Source: Micavibrio sp. UBA1850
Lineage (GTDB): Bacteria > Pseudomonadota > Alphaproteobacteria > Micavibrionales > Micavibrionaceae
Direction: 5' to 3'
Assembly (NCBI GenBank): GCA_002338525.1
Contig: DDIM01000006.1
Span: forward strand, 15,315-79,314
Length of the DNA stretch: 64,000 bases
Position 1 is the stretch's first letter. Every line of letters begins with the position of its first letter. A program made the translations under genes and the position numbers. Below are positions 58,418-64,000 of this stretch, piece after piece. The notes under the pieces were generated by a model. It did not search any database, was not told the origin of the DNA, and worked only from the letters and a program-made list of their open reading frames with translations.

Positions 58418-60229
58418 TTATTGTTTGGCCCACCATGTGTCTGTAATGCTAGGGGACAGAGGCGACAGCGTTTCTGGATGCTCTAGATGGCTCCAATAGG
58501 CGATACGCCATTTATTATAATGCCAGTGAGGTATAATATAATATGAATGCAACAGCACACGATCAAGCGCACGTGTTTTTACAACAAGGTCATCGCGCGA
58601 CGTGGCATTGATAATCCCTTCAATCAGCTCGTCAACAACAGGGTCTTTCACGCCAATATAGTTGCGAGAGCCCGGCATGTCAGCTTTAGCAGAGCCCCAA
58701 AAGTCTCGCTGTTCGTTTCCAGGTGAACTAGATTGGCCAAACACTGAAATCGTCATGTCAAAATCAAAATCATTCATGCGGTTTTGATATTGTGCAGAAT
58801 CGACCACGCGAAAACTTGTCTCAACACCCAAACGTTTCAAATTTTGCACAAACGGTAAAACCCAACGTTCAAAAACGGGATTGGAATCTATGATCTCAAA
58901 GGAAAGGCGCTGCCCTGTTGTCTCATGAACGCGAATACCATCAGGGCCTAATTTATACCCCGCCTCGTCTAAAATTTTCATGGCACTACGAAGGTTGCGG
59001 CGATTATTGCCCGATCCATCGCTTTTAGGCGCTTTGTACGTGGTTGTAAAAACTTCATCGGGAATTTTGCTGCGGTAGGGGGCTAAAATCTCAAGCTCTT
59101 TTGCTGAGGGAAGACCTGAAGAGGCAAGGTCAGAGTTTGCAAAATAGCTGTTTGTACGTTTGTAAGCACCATAGGCAAACTGTTTATTTGACCACTCAAA
59201 ATCAAATGCGTAAGCAAGGGCTTTTCGTACATTAATATCTTGAAAGATAGGACGGCGTGTATTCATAACAAACCCTTGCATACCGGCAGGGCGACCATGC
59301 TCAAGCTCTTGCTTAATAATCTCGCCTCTATCAACAGCAGGCACGTTATAGCTGCTTTCCCATAACTTGGCTGTGTTTTCAAGGCGCACGTCATACTCAT
59401 GTGCAAAAAATGCCTCAAGGGCAACATTGCCGTCACGATAATAGTCATACTCAATGACATCGAAATTATAACGCCCCTTATTAATCGGCAAATCCTTGCC
59501 CCACCAGTTAGGGGCACGTTTGTAAGAGATTGAGCGGCCTGCATCTATTTTATCAATAATATAAGGCCCACTTCCTAGCGGCGGTGTAAGTGTTGTGCTA
59601 CCAAAACTATGTGCATCATCTGTCCAGTAGTGTTTTGGTAAAACCGGAAGTTGGCTAATGATGAGGGGCAGTTCAGCATTACCGCTATGTTTAAATGTGA
59701 ATTTCACGCGTGAAGCAGTGGGGGCTGTGACATTATCAACATCACCATAATATGCTTTGAAAAATGGCGTACCCTTTTCGATAAGCGTATTAAACGTCCA
59801 AACAACATCTTCGGCCGTAATCGGTTGCCCATCGTGCCACTTTGCTTGGGGACGTATGTTAAAGGCCACCCAAGAGCGGTCTTCAGGAAGCTCAATGCTT
59901 TCGGCAATTAAGCCATACATTGAAAACGGCTCATCATGGCTTTGTTCCATGAGGCTCTCTGTGATCATATCAGCCCCTAAAAAGGATAGTCCTGCCGCGG
60001 GCGTACCTTTGACAATATAGGGGTTGAGGCTATCAAATGTGCCTTGAGCTGACAGCGTTAGCTTGCCACCCTTTGGCGCATTTATATTTGTATATTCAAA
60101 ATGTTTGAAATCAGGTGCGTATTTGACCGTCCCATGCATCGCCACGCCATGTTGAGGCTCAACGTCTTGCGCTAGCGTAGGCGTGGATAGCCCAAAAAGT
60201 ACAAGTGAGGTAAGAAGAAGATGTTTCAT
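58418..60229 (-). CDS. ABC transporter substrate-binding protein, family 5 (YejA / oligopeptide-like)
   Basis: Signal peptide MKHLLLTSLVLFGLSTPTLAQ. A ~600-aa SBP_bac_5-like body (FDSLNPY..., WHDG.P.TAEDV). Confidence 0.75.
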   Translation of the reverse strand: MKHLLLTSLVLFGLSTPTLAQDVEPQHGVAMHGTVKYAPDFKHFEYTNINAPKGGKLTLSAQGTFDSLNPYIVKGTPAAGLSFLGADMITESLMEQSHDEPFSMYGLIAESIELPEDRSWVAFNIRPQAKWHDGQPITAEDVVWTFNTLIEKGTPFFKAYYGDVDNVTAPTASRVKFTFKHSGNAELPLIISQLPVLPKHYWTDDAHSFGSTTLTPPLGSGPYIIDKIDAGRSISYKRAPNWWGKDLPINKGRYNFDVIEYDYYRDGNVALEAFFAHEYDVRLENTAKLWESSYNVPAVDRGEIIKQELEHGRPAGMQGFVMNTRRPIFQDINVRKALAYAFDFEWSNKQFAYGAYKRTNSYFANSDLASSGLPSAKELEILAPYRSKIPDEVFTTTYKAPKSDGSGNNRRNLRSAMKILDEAGYKLGPDGIRVHETTGQRLSFEIIDSNPVFERWVLPFVQNLKRLGVETSFRVVDSAQYQNRMNDFDFDMTISVFGQSSSPGNEQRDFWGSAKADMPGSRNYIGVKDPVVDELIEGIINATSRDDLVVKTRALDRVLLHSYYIIPHWHYNKWRIAYWSHLEHPETLSPLSPSITDTWWAKQ

Positions 60230-60311
60230 AATCGGTTCCCGCATTTCAAATCTTATTTGTCTTATCTATTATAGTTATAGTCTGAAATGCGCATTTGTTC
60301 TAGCCCCATAC

Positions 60312-60337
60312 AAAAAAGCCCCACGTGAAGTGAGGCT
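60312..60337 (-). terminator. Rho-independent terminator after recA
   Basis: On the minus strand: AGCCTCAC-TTCAC-GTGGGGCT (8 bp, one G-U pair) followed by T6. It lies 36 nt after the recA stop. Confidence 0.7.
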
Positions 60338-60373
60338 TTCTTCTGCTTTCAAGTGTTGGATGACACTAAAAAA

Positions 60374-61480
60374 TTATGCTTTTTTGTCAGTCGCTTTTAC
60401 TGGCTGATCATTATCTTCGACCGCATCAGGCCCGACAAGCATGGCATCGGCGACAAGTCCTGCATTCGCACGAATTTGTCCCTCTAGCTTTGCAAATTTG
60501 TCTGGGTTATCAAGAAGATACTGTTTCGAGTTCTCGCGCCCTTGGCCCATACGCTCTCCATCATAGGAGAACCACGCACCAGATTTCTCGACAAAGTTTC
60601 CTTGAACTCCAAGGTCAAGCATTTCACCTGTTTTTGAAATCCCTTTACCATACATGATGTCGAATTCAATTTGACGGAATGGAGGCGCCATCTTGTTTTT
60701 AACAACCTTCACACGCGTTTGGTTTCCAACCACCTCGTCTTTGTCTTTAATTTGTCCAATACGACGAATATCAAGACGAACAGATGAGTAGAACTTCAAC
60801 GCATTTCCACCTGTAGTTGTCTCAGGAGATCCAAACATAACACCAATTTTCATACGAATTTGGTTAATGAAAATCACAACTGTTTTTGATTTAGAGATAG
60901 ACCCTGTTAATTTACGAAGGGCTTGTGACATAAGGCGGGCTTGTAGTCCCACATGCGTGTCGCCCATCTCGCCTTCAAGTTCTGCCTTCGGTACAAGAGC
61001 GGCCACAGAGTCGACAACCAAGACATCCAACGCGCCAGAGCGCACAAGTGTATCGGCAATTTCAAGAGCCTGCTCACCAGCGTCAGGCTGTGAGATTAGA
61101 AGGTTTTCAACATCAACGCCAAGCTTTGAAGCATATCCAGGGTCAAGGGCGTGTTCCGCATCAACGATGGCACATGTGCCACCTTTTTTCTGCGCCTCTG
61201 CAATGACGTGCAAGGCCAATGTTGTTTTACCAGAACTTTCAGGGCCATAAATTTCAGTAATACGTCCGCATGGAAGCCCCCCGATACCAAGGCCGATGTC
61301 AAGACCAAGAGAGCCCGTTGAAACCGAGGCAATCTCTATGTTATTGTTTTCGCCGCTCAATTTCATGATCGATCCTTTACCAAAGGCGCGTTCAATTTGG
61401 GTGAGGGCTGCGTCTAGCGCTTTTTGTTTGTCATTTGACATTGGTAATGTGTCTCCAGTGTTCTTTTTTAATGCTGTCAT
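60374..61480 (-). CDS. recA: Recombinase RecA
   Basis: [31 protein letters not shown] and [15 protein letters not shown] lies upstream of ATG 61480, and an alternative ATG is at 61441. Confidence 0.98.
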   Translation of the reverse strand: MTALKKNTGDTLPMSNDKQKALDAALTQIERAFGKGSIMKLSGENNNIEIASVSTGSLGLDIGLGIGGLPCGRITEIYGPESSGKTTLALHVIAEAQKKGGTCAIVDAEHALDPGYASKLGVDVENLLISQPDAGEQALEIADTLVRSGALDVLVVDSVAALVPKAELEGEMGDTHVGLQARLMSQALRKLTGSISKSKTVVIFINQIRMKIGVMFGSPETTTGGNALKFYSSVRLDIRRIGQIKDKDEVVGNQTRVKVVKNKMAPPFRQIEFDIMYGKGISKTGEMLDLGVQGNFVEKSGAWFSYDGERMGQGRENSKQYLLDNPDKFAKLEGQIRANAGLVADAMLVGPDAVEDNDQPVKATDKKA

Positions 61481-61600
61481 AGGCTTTAAGCCTCCTTATT
61501 TCTCTCATAGATAATGCATAGTTGCAAAATGTTTAGGACTTTTGATGTCTCTTATCTATGGACAATAAAATCATGTTTTGTTCCTACCGTCAACAAATAA

Positions 61601-61615
61601 GAACAAAAAATGAAC
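61601..61615. promoter_or_regulatory. Alphaproteobacterial LexA (SOS) box GAAC-N7-GAAC upstream of recA
   Basis: GAACaaaaaatGAAC (GTTC-N7-GTTC on the recA strand), ~120 nt upstream of the recA start. Confidence 0.5.
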
Positions 61616-61632
61616 AAAGGGAGCTCGATGGG

Positions 61633-63879
61633 TTATCCCATAGAAAGAACCTTGGCAGATGGCGCGGCTTCATATCGTTCATCAGAACTGCTAAAGAGGT
61701 CTAATTCAATATTTTCTAATCCATGCCTAGACAGAATTGTTTTAAGTCTGTTGAGTGCTTCAACTTGAATTTGGCGCACGCGCTCTCTGGTAAGAGACAT
61801 TTCTTCTCCGACTTCTTCCAATGTTTGCGGGTCTTGCCCTAACATGCCAAAGCGGCGAATTATGACGTCTTTCTGTTTAGGCTTGAGCTCGTCTATAATG
61901 CTCAACATCTTTTCTTCTAAATCACTGGTCTCTTCCTTTAAAGCAGGGTCATTGTCAGGCGTATCAGCGATGATATCTGCCATAGTACCGCCCCCTTCTT
62001 CAGTGATGGGCGTATCCATAGAGGCGTAGTGTCTATCGTGCTCGAAAGTTTTTTCAATATCTTTAACAGAAATGCCTAATTCTGCTGCAATATCATCGTG
62101 AGTGGCCGCGCGACCAAAACTTTTGGTGAGTTCTTTTTCTGTTCTGCGATACAAACTCAAATCTTTAAGAACGTGAATGGGCACGCGAACATCCCTTGTT
62201 TGGTTCATGATGGCACGTTCTATTGTTTGTCGTATCCACCATGTTGCATATGTCGAAAATCTGTTGCCCGTTTCTGGGTCAAATTTTTCAACCGCTGTCA
62301 TCATGCCTATATTACCTTCTTGGATCAAATCTAGCGGTGCTAGCCCACGGTTTTGATACTTTTGGGAGATTTTTAAAACAAGACGAACATTAGATTCTGC
62401 AAGACGTTTGGCAGACTCCTCACAGCCTGCCTGAACCTTACGCGCAAGGGCTGCTTCTTCTTCTCTAGTAAGCAAAGGAGCGGCCCTATTAACGTCTCGT
62501 GCATACGCGCTAGACGCATCAAGCCCCGTGTCTGCTTGGGTGGATTGGATTTGTCTGCCGGGCCCCTCATTTATTTTTAACCCCTTAAGGTCTGCTCCGG
62601 ATTTATCTGAAGGCCGTCTTAATCCAACAAATTCTTTGACGGTATCATAGACGCCATCAGTATCGCCAGTAACAGACAGAAGTACGCTTAATGCTTCTGA
62701 TTTATATTTGGTAACTGTTTGTACTGAAATACGAGTTTGCTCGGAAATCTTGGCATTTGTTAAGGCGTCTTCAATACCGATCCCCATAGATAGCCCTAAA
62801 ACGTTTCTATGCTTAGGCGGTAGGTTATCAAGCCACTTTTGAATAATTCCTCGATTTTTATCATCTGATAAAAGCTGCGTAAAACTCTCTACAACAGAAT
62901 TTGTTGCGTTTTTAAAAGATTGAGAGGCGCCTGTTTTACTCTTTTCTTGTGGTTGTTTTTGCTCTTCACCGGTCTCTGGTTTTACGACAGGTATTGTCGG
63001 TGTTGTCGGTTTTTTTGCCGTTGGTCTTTCTGATGCAGTCGGTGCTGGCGCCTCAGGTGCTGCAAAATCATCACTTTTATTAATTTTTAGATGTGTGAAA
63101 TCAAACTGATTCTTTTTCTCTTCGCTCATACGACTATATTTTCTAAGCGCCAGAAGAAGAGGGTGCTTTTCTCCTATTTCAGCTTCAAGAATATCAAAGG
63201 CTTGCTTTTTACGATTATGGATCGTCGCAGATCCTACGTCTAACTCTTCACAGATTTCACTATGCGTATATGGCGCGTCCTCGACCCCCATCAAAAGGGC
63301 CATAACCGTTTGACTTTTTGAAGGCATGTTATCAAGCCAAAGCTGTAAAATCTGGTTATGGGCATCGTTTTCGAAAACAGCTTTTAATTCGTGTGAAGCA
63401 TCATTTTTATCATTATTTGCGGTTGTCTGTATGCTTACTGGCTTATCTACTGATAAGACAGGCTTATCTGAGGCTTTTATATTTTGGATGGGCAAGGTGT
63501 TTTTAGTCTGTTCAGCCTCGGCTGCTTTCAAAAATTTCAAATCTATCAGGTCTCTTTTTTCTAGACCCGCACGAGACAGTTCCAAAACGGTATCATATAA
63601 GACAGGTGTTGAGGTATCGGACTTTGTTGCGCGTGTGTGCAAGGCATCAAAAGCTTTCTTCTTATGGTTGCTAACTGTTGCAACCGATACATGCAAGGCT
63701 TGGGCAATGGCATCGATCTCTTGTGCTTTCATACCGATACCAAGCGCTCTTTCTAATACCCTTTTTGTTTTAGGCTCTAGCGCATAAAACCAGTTTTGTA
63801 GGACGGGCTTATTTTCGTCGGATAAAAGAATATTTTGAAGAAGAGCAGCCTTTTCTTGCATTTTTTCTTCTAGTGACAT
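61633..63879 (-). CDS. Sigma-70 family RNA polymerase sigma factor: compact RpoD/RpoS-like core preceded by three tandem region-4-like HTH modules
   Basis: The C-terminal 293 aa carry regions 1.2-4.2 (DLIQEGNIGMMTAVEKFDPETGNRFSTYATWWIRQ; TLEEVGEEMSLTRERVRQIQVEALNRL). The N-terminal ~455 aa contain three similar modules (see findings). The frame stays open to the window edge, so the N terminus is provisional. Confidence 0.8.
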   Translation of the reverse strand: MSLEEKMQEKAALLQNILLSDENKPVLQNWFYALEPKTKRVLERALGIGMKAQEIDAIAQALHVSVATVSNHKKKAFDALHTRATKSDTSTPVLYDTVLELSRAGLEKRDLIDLKFLKAAEAEQTKNTLPIQNIKASDKPVLSVDKPVSIQTTANNDKNDASHELKAVFENDAHNQILQLWLDNMPSKSQTVMALLMGVEDAPYTHSEICEELDVGSATIHNRKKQAFDILEAEIGEKHPLLLALRKYSRMSEEKKNQFDFTHLKINKSDDFAAPEAPAPTASERPTAKKPTTPTIPVVKPETGEEQKQPQEKSKTGASQSFKNATNSVVESFTQLLSDDKNRGIIQKWLDNLPPKHRNVLGLSMGIGIEDALTNAKISEQTRISVQTVTKYKSEALSVLLSVTGDTDGVYDTVKEFVGLRRPSDKSGADLKGLKINEGPGRQIQSTQADTGLDASSAYARDVNRAAPLLTREEEAALARKVQAGCEESAKRLAESNVRLVLKISQKYQNRGLAPLDLIQEGNIGMMTAVEKFDPETGNRFSTYATWWIRQTIERAIMNQTRDVRVPIHVLKDLSLYRRTEKELTKSFGRAATHDDIAAELGISVKDIEKTFEHDRHYASMDTPITEEGGGTMADIIADTPDNDPALKEETSDLEEKMLSIIDELKPKQKDVIIRRFGMLGQDPQTLEEVGEEMSLTRERVRQIQVEALNRLKTILSRHGLENIELDLFSSSDERYEAAPSAKVLSMG

Positions 63880-64000
63880 TTGTCCCTTTGGATTATATGA
63901 AGCGGTTGAGCTTGTTGTTTTCCATGCGCGGTGTAATCCTGTATTTTTAGGCTCAATGGCAATGGGGCTGACATTTTGGTGAGGGGTATAGTGGTCATCA

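Overview
This is a 64-kb, densely coding chromosomal segment. It most likely comes from a moderately AT-rich alphaproteobacterium: it has an alpha-type FtsL, an FtsZ with a long disordered linker and DIPAFLRR tail, a GAAC-N7-GAAC SOS box upstream of recA, and clustered GANTC sites. I found no rRNA, tRNA, CRISPR array, IS element or phage genes. The housekeeping content is: hdaA (cut by the window edge) and sixA; a glycerate kinase / GH13 phosphorylase / GT-A glycosyltransferase trio; rnd and aspS; an asd-like gene tightly packed with sdhC-sdhD-sdhA and a nickel superoxide dismutase; pyrB-plsY-dprA-topA-rnr-rpmG; msrA; an AmpD-like amidase; RNase P RNA; a dcw cluster mraZ-rsmH-ftsL-ftsI-murE-murF-mraY-ftsW-murG-murC-murB-ddl-ftsQ-ftsA-ftsZ that lacks murD; kdsB; an O-antigen-ligase-like protein; a family-5 solute-binding protein; and recA. 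The most unusual part is an ~11-kb locus at 15.8-26.8 kb that encodes a compact, non-canonical type IV filament (T4P/T2SS-like) machine. It comprises a CheY-like regulator, a lipoprotein secretin, a triple-Ig (ASH-like) protein with a PilP-like end, a GspE/PilB ATPase, a GspF/PilC platform, two bitopic assembly proteins and two pilin-like proteins that lack the canonical Phe+1/Glu+5. A short prepilin peptidase lies on one flank and a sensor-less hybrid histidine kinase on the other. The second standout is a 748-aa sigma-70 family protein at 61.6-63.9 kb, where a compact sigma core is preceded by three tandem region-4-like HTH modules. Other points worth a second look: a Ni-SOD with a Sec-type signal peptide sitting where sdhB is expected; an Asd paralogue with its catalytic Cys and cofactor motifs replaced; an inverted pair of perfect DnaA boxes plus a GANTC cluster in front of ftsZ; and phased TCCCAT repeats in front of mraZ. 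All calls rest on reading the supplied translations and the DNA. No database search was run.
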